Of a DNA stretch of 64,000 nt, positions 46,950-55,513 are shown piece by piece. Position 1 is the stretch's first letter; every line of letters begins with the position of its first letter. The position numbers and the translations under genes are program-made. The DNA comes from Candidatus Krumholzibacteriia bacterium (lineage in GTDB: Bacteria > Krumholzibacteriota > Krumholzibacteriia > LZORAL124-64-63), in the NCBI GenBank assembly GCA_041908585.1, contig JAYRFB010000236.1:8277-72276 (forward strand). Direction: 5' to 3'. Below the pieces are notes generated by a model, which was given only the letters and a program-made list of their open reading frames with translations, made no database searches and was not told the origin of the DNA.

Positions 46950-46988
46950 TGTTGTCATTATTTTACAACACCCATCAAGCGATGGCAA
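46950..46988 (-). promoter_or_regulatory. Promoter of the XRE-ImmA pair with overlapping operator palindrome
   Basis: The minus strand reads TTGCCA-N17-TAAAAT. The inverted repeat TGTTGT-N9-ACAACA (46950..46970) covers the -10 box. A second inverted repeat, GATGCCGA-N11-TCGGCATC (46923..46949), lies in the leader. Confidence 0.6.
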
Positions 46989-47043
46989 GGTGGTTCGGGA
47001 GATTTTGGCGCAATTGCGGAACGAAGCCCGGAATCTGTTGGTT

Positions 47044-48795
47044 TCAATTGGGATTGCGCGCCCAGACCAGACGAAGCAGGTCATCCAGCTCGCCCCCCGC
47101 GCCAAGCTCCGGGTCCTTTGCGAGCAGCTCCCTCAGCCTCCCGCCAGTTCTTTCATCCCGTGAATACGCCAGATACACGGCCATCTCGAACGCCAATCGC
47201 GGCCGCACGGCTTCGCAGGCCGCCAGCGCCCGGAAACGTTCCGCCGACTGCTCCGGCGCGAAGTAGCGGAGCTCGTAGCGCGCGATCAACTCCGCATGCT
47301 CGGGCGCGCGGCGCACGACCAACGTCGACACGTAATCGCTGTAGACCCAGGCCCACGCGTCCTGCGGGAACAGACGGGTCAGTTCCCCGACGCTCCCGGC
47401 GAACCCGTAGTCGATGTCCCATGCGGCCAGCGCATCCGGATCGCGCACGAACCGGGTAGGATCCCCGAACACCGGCGGCAGGTTGTACTGGAAGATGGGC
47501 CGCTCCGGCGCCAGCGCATACGCCAGGTAGCCACCGAGATTCGCGTTGTTGTACATGTGACCGCTCAGCCCCAGTGCACCGGCGAAGCGCGCCGAGCCGG
47601 CCGGCACCAGCGCCTCGTTGAGGCCGACGCCGAAGGCTGTGGGTGATGGGAGCGTGTAGGTGCCGTCGCCGGCCGTGCCGCCGGACATCCGGCCGAACTT
47701 CTCCCAGGCACCGACGCAGACCACGATAGCGCATCCCGCCGCGATCAGCGCCGCGCCAAGGTTCGTTCGCCATCGCGGCTGTGCGGCGCCCGCGGGCGGC
47801 GCGGCGTGTCTGGCGATGATCGGCACCAACGCGATGGCCGCCACAGCCGCCAGCCGGTTGTAACGCAGCGCGCCGAGTGCGAATGCGGCGAAGAGCGCCC
47901 ACTCCGTGAGGTCGAATTCCCAGCGATCGACCACGAGCAGCGTCAGGGCCCACAGCAGCAGGAACAGCAGCGGGAGCCAGTCCGCAGGAGCGCTCCAGAT
48001 CGGCTGCAGCTCGCCGATCCTGTCCGCACCGCGGAGACCGCCGGCCAGGACCAGGAAATGGCCATAGGATCGCGGGCCATAGGGATTCGCGAGCATGATC
48101 GCCAAGGTGAACGCGTACCAGCCGCCGAGGCTCGCCAGCCTCCTGCCATCCATCGCGCCGGCGCGCCATGCCGGGACTAGGCGCTTCGCGCCTTCGGCGG
48201 CGACCACCACGGAGAAGTAGGCCAGGCCGAGCACGGCCCCGTGCAGCCAGTCCCAGACGAGCATCATGATCGGGATCGTCCACAGACGGCCGCGATGATC
48301 GCCGCCTCTCCGGTGGGCATCGAGCGCCAGGCCCAGGATCGCCATCCCCAGCAGCGTGAAGAGTTCGGGACGGACCTGGAACCGGCGAATCCCGGCCAGG
48401 GCGGTGAATGCGCAGAGGAGTGCTGCGGTGCGGTTGCCGGCCCCGGCGCCACGCGTCGTGTGGAACAGAACCGCAATGGCCGCGGCCGAGATCGCCCACT
48501 TCAGCGCCAGCAACCCGTTCGCGCCGTACCGGTCCCACACGGAAAAGAGCGCGATCTGGCCCAGCCACTCGTGGTTCACGAATGGCGTTCCCCGATGGGT
48601 GAAAGAGAACAGCTCCTCGTTGACGATCCGTCCCTGCTTGAGCATCGCGCGGCCGTTGGCCAGGTGCCAGTACAGGTCACAATCGAAGACGGGATAAGTC
48701 ACGATAACCAGAGCGAGCGCAACGGCCAGAATGGCCCACGGGAAGGCAGACAGGCGCGCCGCGGCGGCTGGTGCCGGCATTGTCTTCTGAATCAA
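47044..48795 (-). CDS. Large polytopic membrane protein, possibly a GT-C-type glycosyltransferase
   Basis: 583 aa with 12 or more hydrophobic segments. An early loop contains FDCDLYWHLANG (acidic loop as in GT-C enzymes). A soluble C-terminal domain of about 170 aa follows. Function is inferred only. Confidence 0.7.
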   Translation of the reverse strand: MIQKTMPAPAAAARLSAFPWAILAVALALVIVTYPVFDCDLYWHLANGRAMLKQGRIVNEELFSFTHRGTPFVNHEWLGQIALFSVWDRYGANGLLALKWAISAAAIAVLFHTTRGAGAGNRTAALLCAFTALAGIRRFQVRPELFTLLGMAILGLALDAHRRGGDHRGRLWTIPIMMLVWDWLHGAVLGLAYFSVVVAAEGAKRLVPAWRAGAMDGRRLASLGGWYAFTLAIMLANPYGPRSYGHFLVLAGGLRGADRIGELQPIWSAPADWLPLLFLLLWALTLLVVDRWEFDLTEWALFAAFALGALRYNRLAAVAAIALVPIIARHAAPPAGAAQPRWRTNLGAALIAAGCAIVVCVGAWEKFGRMSGGTAGDGTYTLPSPTAFGVGLNEALVPAGSARFAGALGLSGHMYNNANLGGYLAYALAPERPIFQYNLPPVFGDPTRFVRDPDALAAWDIDYGFAGSVGELTRLFPQDAWAWVYSDYVSTLVVRRAPEHAELIARYELRYFAPEQSAERFRALAACEAVRPRLAFEMAVYLAYSRDERTGGRLRELLAKDPELGAGGELDDLLRLVWARNPN

Positions 48796-48959
48796 ATCCG
48801 CGCTGAACTATTCCATGCCCCGGAACCGCATGCCCCGCTGATCCGGATCCCCATTCTCCCGCCGATGCCGCCCTGAATGCCCCTGCGCGACGTGTCGGGA
48901 ATGGGATGTGGGGTGACGTTATGCCGAACGAGGCCGAATTGTCAATGCGCCCCGGCGAT

Positions 48960-49009
48960 GGTTGATAGGTCAACCAGCCGCCGGAACGGACCTGCGAACA
49001 GAGAGAGCC
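48960..49009 (+). repeat. 48-nt intergenic element, copy c
   Basis: GGTTGATAGGTCAACCAGCCGCCGGAACGGACCTGCGAACAGAGAGAGCC. It ends 10 nt before the csoR stop codon. Confidence 0.8.
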
Positions 49010-49018
49010 CGCCGCCGC

Positions 49019-49360
49019 CTACCGCGAATACTTGAACATCAGGTCCACCAGCTCGTCATAAGTCGCCTCCGCCGCCTCCTCGCTGACGCGCACCGCCGCC
49101 GCCGCGCAGTGCTTGAGGTGGTTGCGCATCAGTTCGCGGCCCACCGCGCGCAGCGCCTCCTGCACCGACGAGACCTGTGCCAGGATGTCGGGGCAGTAGC
49201 GGTCCTCCTCGACCATCCGCTGCAGGCCGCGCACCTGGCCCTCGATGCGGCGCAAGCGTTTGAGATTGCGGTCGCGGATGGCGGGGTCGACCGCTACGGC
49301 CTTGCGGTCGCCTTCCGCGGCGCCGGCGCCGCACTGGTCCCCGTTGTTCTCGTGCTTCAT
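49019..49360 (-). CDS. csoR: CsoR/RcnR-family metal-sensing repressor (copper type)
   Basis: Start MKHENNGDQ (GGGAGAG upstream). LKRLRRIEGQVRGLQRMVEEDRYCPDILAQV...HLKHC carries the C-H-C ligand pattern. Confidence 0.9.
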   Translation of the reverse strand: MKHENNGDQCGAGAAEGDRKAVAVDPAIRDRNLKRLRRIEGQVRGLQRMVEEDRYCPDILAQVSSVQEALRAVGRELMRNHLKHCAAAAVRVSEEAAEATYDELVDLMFKYSR

Positions 49361-49395
49361 CCCGATCTCTCCCTGTTGCGGGCCGGGGCCCGCGT

Positions 49396-51579
49396 TCACG
49401 CCGCCAGCGGCCCGGCCCCGCGCCGCAGCCGCAGCGAGTTGGCCACCACGCTCACCGAACTGAAGGCCATCGCCGCGCCGGCCAGGACCGGCGACAGCAG
49501 CAGGCCGAAGGCCGGGAACAGCAGCCCGGCCGCGACGGGGATCCCCGCCGCGTTGTAGAGGAACGCCCAGAACAGGTTCTGCTTCATGACGCGCATCGTC
49601 TGCCGCGAGAGCGCGATGGCATCCGCGACGCCGGAAAGATCGGCGCGCATCAGAGCGATGTCGCTGGCCTCGACGGCGATGTCCGCGCCCGCGCCCATGG
49701 CGATGCCCACGTCGGCCTGCGCCAGCGCCGGCGCGTCGTTGACGCCGTCGCCGACCATCGCCACCACGTGGCCGGCCGCCTGCAGGCGCTTCACTTCGGC
49801 GACCTTGCCCTCGGGCATGACGCCGGCCACGACGTCATCGATGCCGGCGGCGCGGGCCACGGCGCGCGCCGTGCGTTCGTTGTCGCCGGTGAGCATGATC
49901 ACCTGCAGGCCCAGCCGCCGCAACCGCGCCACGGCCGCCGGCGAGGTGGCGCGCACAGGGTCGGCCACCGCGACCAGCCCGGCCGGCTGCCCGTCGACCG
50001 CCACGTGGACCGGCGTCCAGCCCGCGGCTGCGAACCGTTCGGCTTCGGCGCGCAGCGGCGCGGCGTCGACCGCGTGCTCGCGCAGCATGGCCTCGTTGCC
50101 CACCAGCACCTCGCGCCCGCCCACGCGCCCGCGCGCGCCGCGCCCGGTGACCGAGTCGAAGCCCTCGGCAGGCGGCAGGGACAGGCCGCGGGCCGTCGCG
50201 TGGGCGACGATCGCCTCGGCCAGCGGGTGCTCGGACGACTTCTCCAGCGCGGCGGCCAGCCGCAGCAGCTCGTCCTCACCGGTCGACGCGGACAAGGTGG
50301 CGATCGCGGTCACCGCCGGCCGCCCCTCGGTGATGGTGCCGGTCTTGTCCAGCACCACCGCCGTCACGCCGCCGGCGCGCTGCAGCGCCACGCCGCCCTT
50401 GATCAGGACACCTTGCCGCGCGCCGCGGCCGGTGGCCACCATCAATGCGGTGGGCACCGCCAGGCCCATCGCGCACGGGCAGGCGATGATCAGCACCGCG
50501 ACCGCGGCCGCGAGCCCGCGCGCAAGCGGCGCCGCGTCCGCCGCCACGAACCACACCGCGAACGTGACGACGGCCAGCTGCAGCACCACCGGCACGAACA
50601 CCGCGCTGATGCGGTCGGCCAGGCGCTGGATGGGGGCCTGCGAGCCCTGCGCGTCGCGCATCAGGCGGACGATCCGGGCCAGCACGCTGTCCTCGCCGAC
50701 GGTCGTCGCGCGGTAGCGGAAGGCGCCGGTGCGGTTGATGGTCCCGCCGATCACGGGGCTGCCCACAGCCTTGGCCACGGGCACGGACTCGCCGGTGAGC
50801 ATCGACTCGTCGACGGCGCTCGCGCCGGACACCACCTCGCCGTCGACGGGCACGCGCTCGCCCGGGCGCACCAGGACCTGGTCGCCCGCGACGACCTCGC
50901 CGACGACCACGTCGAGCTCGCGCCCGTCGCGCGCGACGCGCGCCATCGCCGGCTGCAGGTCCGCCAGCGCGCGCAGGGCCGCGGTCGTCTGCCGCCGCGC
51001 CCTCGCCTCCAGCGCGTTGCCGGCCAGCACCAGAGCGATGATGAAGACGATCGCCTCGTAGTACACGTCCGGCTGCAGGCCGCGCGCCCGGAAGAAGCCC
51101 GGCCACAGCGTGGCCAGCGCCGAGTACGCGAACGCAGCCCCCGTGCCGACCGCCACCAGCGTGTTCATGTCGGCCGCGTGGTGGCGGAAGGCCGTCCACG
51201 CGCGCGTGTAGAAGTGCCGGCCGCCGCGCAGCATCACGGCCAGGCTCAGCGCCAGCAGGACGTAGCTGAGCGCGCCGGCCGGGATCGCGTAGAGCCACGG
51301 CGCCGCCGACTGCAGGCCCGGCGAGAGCCAACCCATCGCCCAGGTCATGAACGGATCGGCGGCGCCGCCGTGTCCGCCGTGCCCGCCGCCCATCAGCGGC
51401 ATCGACAGGAGCATCGCCAGCGCGGCCGCGACGAGACTCTCGCCGGCCAGCCGCCGCAGGTGCCGGTACTCGGCGATCTGCGCGCGGTCCTGCGCTTCCT
51501 GCTCGGCCACGGCGCTGCGCGCATTCAAGTGCGCTCCCGACGCGCAGCACGCCTTGTTGGTGATTGTCGAGTCGTTCAT
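49396..51579 (-). CDS. copA: Copper-translocating P1B-type ATPase
   Basis: 727 aa with CPC in TM6 ([13 protein letters not shown]), DKTGTIT and [10 protein letters not shown]. No GMxCxxC HMA domain is present. The N-terminus has only a CC pair. Confidence 0.95.
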   Translation of the reverse strand: MNDSTITNKACCASGAHLNARSAVAEQEAQDRAQIAEYRHLRRLAGESLVAAALAMLLSMPLMGGGHGGHGGAADPFMTWAMGWLSPGLQSAAPWLYAIPAGALSYVLLALSLAVMLRGGRHFYTRAWTAFRHHAADMNTLVAVGTGAAFAYSALATLWPGFFRARGLQPDVYYEAIVFIIALVLAGNALEARARRQTTAALRALADLQPAMARVARDGRELDVVVGEVVAGDQVLVRPGERVPVDGEVVSGASAVDESMLTGESVPVAKAVGSPVIGGTINRTGAFRYRATTVGEDSVLARIVRLMRDAQGSQAPIQRLADRISAVFVPVVLQLAVVTFAVWFVAADAAPLARGLAAAVAVLIIACPCAMGLAVPTALMVATGRGARQGVLIKGGVALQRAGGVTAVVLDKTGTITEGRPAVTAIATLSASTGEDELLRLAAALEKSSEHPLAEAIVAHATARGLSLPPAEGFDSVTGRGARGRVGGREVLVGNEAMLREHAVDAAPLRAEAERFAAAGWTPVHVAVDGQPAGLVAVADPVRATSPAAVARLRRLGLQVIMLTGDNERTARAVARAAGIDDVVAGVMPEGKVAEVKRLQAAGHVVAMVGDGVNDAPALAQADVGIAMGAGADIAVEASDIALMRADLSGVADAIALSRQTMRVMKQNLFWAFLYNAAGIPVAAGLLFPAFGLLLSPVLAGAAMAFSSVSVVANSLRLRRGAGPLAA

Positions 51580-51582
51580 CGC

Positions 51583-51972
51583 TCACGCCTCCTGTTCCAC
51601 GACGACGAGCCGGCCCTTGAGCATGCCCATGCCGCAGGTGAAGGCGAAGGTGCCGGCCTGCTGCGGCAGCAGCTCGATCGTGGTGCGGTCGAACGCGGGC
51701 AGGAACCGCTTCACGCCAAGGTCGGGGAAGACGACTTCTTCCGAGCAGGCGGACGACTCCTGCCGGTCGAAGGTGATGCGGACCGGCACGCCGCGGCGCA
51801 CCTGGACCGCCGCGGGCTCGTAGCCGCCGCGCACGGCGACGGTGATGCTCTGGACCTGCCCCTCGGCCAGGGCAGCGGCCGCCGGCCGGCGCCGGCTCAG
51901 GAAGAAGTACCGGTTGATCCACGCGATCGCCGCGAGCGAGGCCGCGATGACGATGATTTCGTTCTGCGACAT
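51583..51972 (-). CDS. Membrane-anchored cupredoxin-like domain protein
   Basis: 129 aa with an N-terminal TM helix, then ITVAVRGGYEPAAVQVRRGVPVRITFDRQESSACSEEVVFPDLG...FTCGMGMLKG. This is typical of the small cupredoxin_1 proteins found in front of copA. Confidence 0.8.
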   Translation of the reverse strand: MSQNEIIVIAASLAAIAWINRYFFLSRRRPAAAALAEGQVQSITVAVRGGYEPAAVQVRRGVPVRITFDRQESSACSEEVVFPDLGVKRFLPAFDRTTIELLPQQAGTFAFTCGMGMLKGRLVVVEQEA

Positions 51973-52003
51973 GGGGTTACCTCCAAGACTGGTCTATTGC
52001 CAA

Positions 52004-52020
52004 ATACCCACAAGGGGTAT
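52004..52020. promoter_or_regulatory. CsoR operator (ATACCC-N5-GGGTAT)
   Basis: ATACCCACAAGGGGTAT lies 32-48 nt upstream of the cupredoxin-copA-csoR operon start. It closely resembles the published CsoR boxes of the TACCC..GGGGTA type. Confidence 0.75.
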
Positions 52021-52049
52021 AACCACAAAGGCAATATACATACCCCATC

Positions 52050-52065
52050 CCCCTATCGCAAGGGG
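52050..52065. promoter_or_regulatory. Second G/C-tract inverted repeat (CCCCT-N6-AGGGG), possible auxiliary CsoR site
   Basis: Read directly. It is preceded by the half-site ATACCCC at 52040. Confidence 0.4.
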
Positions 52066-52112
52066 TGAAGTTCAATGACCGCCGCCGCGGCGGGGCGGCG
52101 GCCTGGGGGGCG

Positions 52113-52126
52113 TTGCGCCGGCACAA
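52113..52126. repeat. REP-like palindrome, one-mismatch variant TTGCGCCGGCACAA
   Basis: It lies between the CsoR operators and element copy d. Confidence 0.6.
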
Positions 52127-52171
52127 GCCCCCCCCCTGCCCGCACTCCTCGCGGGCTCCGCCGCGGAGATC

Positions 52172-52220
52172 GTTGATACATCAACCATCTGCCGGAAAGT
52201 GACTGCGAAGAGCGAGACCG
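52172..52220 (+). repeat. 48-nt intergenic element, copy d
   Basis: GTTGATACATCAACCATCTGCCGGAAAGTGACTGCGAAGAGCGAGACCG. It lies about 107 nt beyond the CsoR operators of the copper operon. Confidence 0.8.
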
Positions 52221-52392
52221 CAGCCCGTCGCCGCCGCCACACCCCTGCTCACGATATACGGTATGTATCCCCGTCTTTCTGTGTGAACGCGCGTTGACGC
52301 GCCCCAAACGCGCGCTGCGATCGGCTAGACTTCCTGCGCACGGGACCTCACGGAGAATTGGTCCCGGTCGGCCTATGCAGGAGGATCCCCAT

Positions 52393-54006
52393 ATGACGAA
52401 CCAGACGCCGCGCCAGCTCCCGACCCCCCGTGAAATCGTCGCCCACCTCGACCGCTACGTGTACGGACAGGACCAGGCCAAGCGCGACCTCGCGGTTGCG
52501 ATCTACAACCACTACCTCGGACTCGGCTATCACCATCATCATCCGCAGGCCACCGGTGGCGCGCCGACGCGCGGGCAGGCCGGGGCGCCGTTCGGCAAGC
52601 AGCACATCCTGCTCATGGGCCCCACGGGCTCGGGCAAGACGTACCTGATCCGGCTGATCGCCGAGCTGCTCGGCGTGCCGTGGACGTTCCTGGCGGCCAC
52701 GTCGCTGGTGCAGACCGGCTACGTGGGGACGCGCATCGAGACCGCGATCGGCACGCTGTACCAGGCGGCCGGGCGCGAGCGGCGCGCGGCCGAGCGCGGC
52801 ATCATCCTGATCGACGAAATCGATAAGATCGCCGCGCACGGGCGCTCGTCCGGGCCCGACGTCAGCGGCGAGGGCGTGCAGCAGGCGCTGCTCTCGGTGC
52901 TGGACGGGCGCGTGGTGCAGGTGTCGACCGGCGGTTCGGCCGACTTCGTGATGGGCGAGATCGACACCGCGTCGATCCTGTTCGTCTGCGCGGGGGCCTT
53001 CGTGGGCCTCGACGAACAGGCGCGCCGGCGGCGGCGCGGCGAGGCCGGCATCGGCTTCGGCGCCCGCCCCGGCGCGGGCGGCGCGGGCGCGCCGGCGCGC
53101 GACCTCGACCTGCCCGACACCGAGGACCTGGTCCGCTTCGGCTTCATCCCCGAGCTGGTCGGCCGCTTCGCCACCGTTTCGGCCACGCGCGCGCTGACCG
53201 TCGACGACCTGGTCTCGGTGCTGGAATCGGCCGAGGAGTCGGTGCTGCCGCGGCAGCAGCGATTGTTCGAGGTGCACGGCATCGACCTGCAGTTCACCCC
53301 CGGCGCGCTGCGCGCGGTGGCGGAGGAGGCGTGCGCGCTGGGCACCGGCGCCCGCGGCCTCAACCGCGCGGTGCTGCGCAGCCTGGCCGACGTCGACTTC
53401 CGCCTGCCCGAACTGGCGGCCGAGGGCGTCACGCGCGTGACGGTCACGGCCGCCACGGTGCGCGGCGCGCGGGGAGCGGGCGTGCAGGTGGCGCGGACGC
53501 GGCCGCGGGCGGTGCGGCGCCCCGGTCGCGGCGCGCGCGCGCGCGGGGACGGGCCGGCCGGCCCCCGCGCGTCAGCGCCCTGCCGCACCATCGCCGAGGA
53601 GCTGCGCGCCGTCGCGCTGGCCGCGCCCGAGCCTGCCGCCGAGGAACCGGCCGCCGCCGCGGCCAAGGTCGCCGACGGCGAGGTCTTCACCTTCACCGAC
53701 CCGCGCGGCCTGACGGTCGAGCAGATCCGCAGGCGCCTGGAAGCGGTGAAAAGATCGCTGAAGTTCGGCCGCTCGATGGTCACGGCCAAGACCTGGTGGG
53801 CCGCCTTCGAGGAGGAGAACCAGGACAAGCTGCACGTGGTCCTGCGCACCGCCGAGGAGCTGCGCATGCGCGACTGCGGCCTGGACGAGTTCTACCGGGC
53901 CCATCTGGACGCGGACACGGACAATATCCACGCGGTGCTGCTCTACCTGGACTACCGCCGCGCGCGCGAGGCGTGGGAGCGCAAGCGGAAGGGACCCAAG
54001 TCCTGA
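52393..54006 (+). CDS. ClpX-like AAA+ unfoldase paralog lacking the zinc-binding domain, with a novel C-terminal extension
   Basis: Start MTNQTPRQLPTPREIVAHLDRYVYGQDQAKRDLAVAIYNHY. Walker A is GPTGSGKT, the pore loop is GYVG, Walker B is ILIDEIDK, then VSGEGVQQALL and an IGF tripeptide (AGIGFGA). There is no C4 zinc finger and the RKH loop is shortened. About 170 extra C-terminal residues follow. Confidence 0.85.
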   Translation: MTNQTPRQLPTPREIVAHLDRYVYGQDQAKRDLAVAIYNHYLGLGYHHHHPQATGGAPTRGQAGAPFGKQHILLMGPTGSGKTYLIRLIAELLGVPWTFLAATSLVQTGYVGTRIETAIGTLYQAAGRERRAAERGIILIDEIDKIAAHGRSSGPDVSGEGVQQALLSVLDGRVVQVSTGGSADFVMGEIDTASILFVCAGAFVGLDEQARRRRRGEAGIGFGARPGAGGAGAPARDLDLPDTEDLVRFGFIPELVGRFATVSATRALTVDDLVSVLESAEESVLPRQQRLFEVHGIDLQFTPGALRAVAEEACALGTGARGLNRAVLRSLADVDFRLPELAAEGVTRVTVTAATVRGARGAGVQVARTRPRAVRRPGRGARARGDGPAGPRASAPCRTIAEELRAVALAAPEPAAEEPAAAAAKVADGEVFTFTDPRGLTVEQIRRRLEAVKRSLKFGRSMVTAKTWWAAFEEENQDKLHVVLRTAEELRMRDCGLDEFYRAHLDADTDNIHAVLLYLDYRRAREAWERKRKGPKS

Positions 54007-54014
54007 CCTGGCGC

Positions 54015-54062
54015 GTGCGCCGGCGCTCGTTTCGCGCCGTCGTGAGCGTTGCGCCGGCGCAA
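54015..54062. repeat. REP-like palindrome pair (GTGCGCCGGCGCtc ... TTGCGCCGGCGCAA)
   Basis: It begins 9 nt after the ClpX-like stop. It has the same two-part layout as 58534..58577. Confidence 0.8.
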
Positions 54063-54186
54063 GCCGCCGCCGGGTCTCCCGCAGCGTCCGCCTCTGGGCC
54101 GTGATGCCCGACCACAGCGTGGTCAGTTGCGATTGGGTGACCGTCGACGCCGACGATGGCGCCGAGGTTGTGATTGCGCCGCCATC

Positions 54187-54777
54187 TCAAGCCTGCGCCA
54201 GGCCCAGAACGCGGCTGACGTCCACCATCAATCCGTGCGCCGTCACTTCGTTCATGCCGCCGGCCAGAGTGTGGGAGCGGCCGCCGGACTCGGCGCACAG
54301 CATGTACGACACCTGGATGGCGCGCGCGCGGTTGACGGCCCGGTCGTTGGCCGCGCCCGCGGCCATCGACGTGAACAGGGTGCCGGTGTCCACGGCCACG
54401 GCGCCGCCCTGGATGTCGGGCACGCCGTTGCGCACGATCAGGCGGTGCAGCTGCTCGCGCGTGATGGTGGCGCCGCCGGTCTCGATGGCGCCGTTCGACA
54501 CCACGAACGTGCCGCCGGGCGAGCGCAACTTGTCCACCTTGCCCGCGAACCACTTGTTGACCCACTTGCGCACGTACCACGCGCCGACGATGCCGACCGC
54601 CAGCCGCAGAACGACGAGGACCGGGTTCGTGTGAGCCGGCGTCGTGCCGATGACGACCAGCGCGAAGATCACGGCGATGATGTTGGCCGCGCCCTTGGAA
54701 CGGGGCGCCGAGGCCGGGGTGACGGTGAAGCGGACACGACCGCCGCCGAGGGGTTCCTGACGATAGCTGCTGTCCAT
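54187..54777 (-). CDS. Hypothetical membrane protein (two TM plus soluble domain)
   Basis: Start MDSSYRQ (AGGAAAGG upstream). 196 aa with strong G/C-ending bias (24 of the first 30 codons by my count). It lies 106 nt downstream of the ECF sigma gene. Confidence 0.6.
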   Translation of the reverse strand: MDSSYRQEPLGGGRVRFTVTPASAPRSKGAANIIAVIFALVVIGTTPAHTNPVLVVLRLAVGIVGAWYVRKWVNKWFAGKVDKLRSPGGTFVVSNGAIETGGATITREQLHRLIVRNGVPDIQGGAVAVDTGTLFTSMAAGAANDRAVNRARAIQVSYMLCAESGGRSHTLAGGMNEVTAHGLMVDVSRVLGLAQA

Positions 54778-54883
54778 GGCTTGCCGCCTTTCCTGCGGAC
54801 GCAGGGGTTGGTGCCGGCGGGTGGGCCGCGCCGATCCCCATGAAGGGAACGGACGCAGCCTCTGGAGAATATAAAGGATACAT

Positions 54884-55513
54884 TCACTCCCGATTATCGG
54901 ACAAGCCCTGCCGCGACCGGGCTTTGGGGGCGGGAGGCCGGCAGCCGCGGCAGGGGGCGCCCCCGTCGGCCGCGGCGTAGTCGACCACGCCGCCCCGCTT
55001 GTCGATCTCCACCCGGCAGCACCTGAGCAACACGTCGCGCAACATCCGGCGCGCCCGCTGGACGCGCGACTTCGCGCCGGACAGGGACAGGCCTGCCGCC
55101 TCGGCGATCTCGCGCTGCGTCCTGCCCTCGATCTCCGCAAGCGTCAACGCGTGGCGATAGCGCTCGGGCAGCCCGTCGAGCAGGGGCAGCAGGCAGCGCG
55201 CCAGCTCCTGTTCGGCGCGATCGTCACCGCCATCGGTCTCGCCGACCAGATCCTCCGGCACCGGCTCCGTCGGCCGGCGCGCCCGGTGGTGATCCACCAG
55301 CGCGTTGCGGGTGATCCGGTACAGCCACGGCCGCAGCTTGCCCGGATCCTTCAGGTCCTGCCCGTGGGCGTGGGCCTTGATGAAGACATCGTGCACGATG
55401 TCCTCGGCCAGCATCTCGTCCCGCACCCGCCTGTAGACGAAGCGGAAGAGTTCCGCCCGGTACGCCTGCCAGATCCCCGCTTCGGTCGCCGCCTTGGATG
55501 CGTCCGCGGACAT
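54884..55513 (-). CDS. ECF sigma factor with Cys-rich C-terminal extension (SigZ/CorE-like)
   Basis: Sigma-70 region 2 (DIVHDVFIKAH...RPWLYRITRNALVDHHR) and region 4 (REIAEAAGLSLSGAKSRVQRARRML) are present. The tail is LLRCCRVEIDKRGGVVDY...CRGC. The start ATG overlaps the upstream stop (ATGA); an alternative ATG is at 55522. Confidence 0.85.
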   Translation of the reverse strand: MSADASKAATEAGIWQAYRAELFRFVYRRVRDEMLAEDIVHDVFIKAHAHGQDLKDPGKLRPWLYRITRNALVDHHRARRPTEPVPEDLVGETDGGDDRAEQELARCLLPLLDGLPERYRHALTLAEIEGRTQREIAEAAGLSLSGAKSRVQRARRMLRDVLLRCCRVEIDKRGGVVDYAAADGGAPCRGCRPPAPKARSRQGLSDNRE

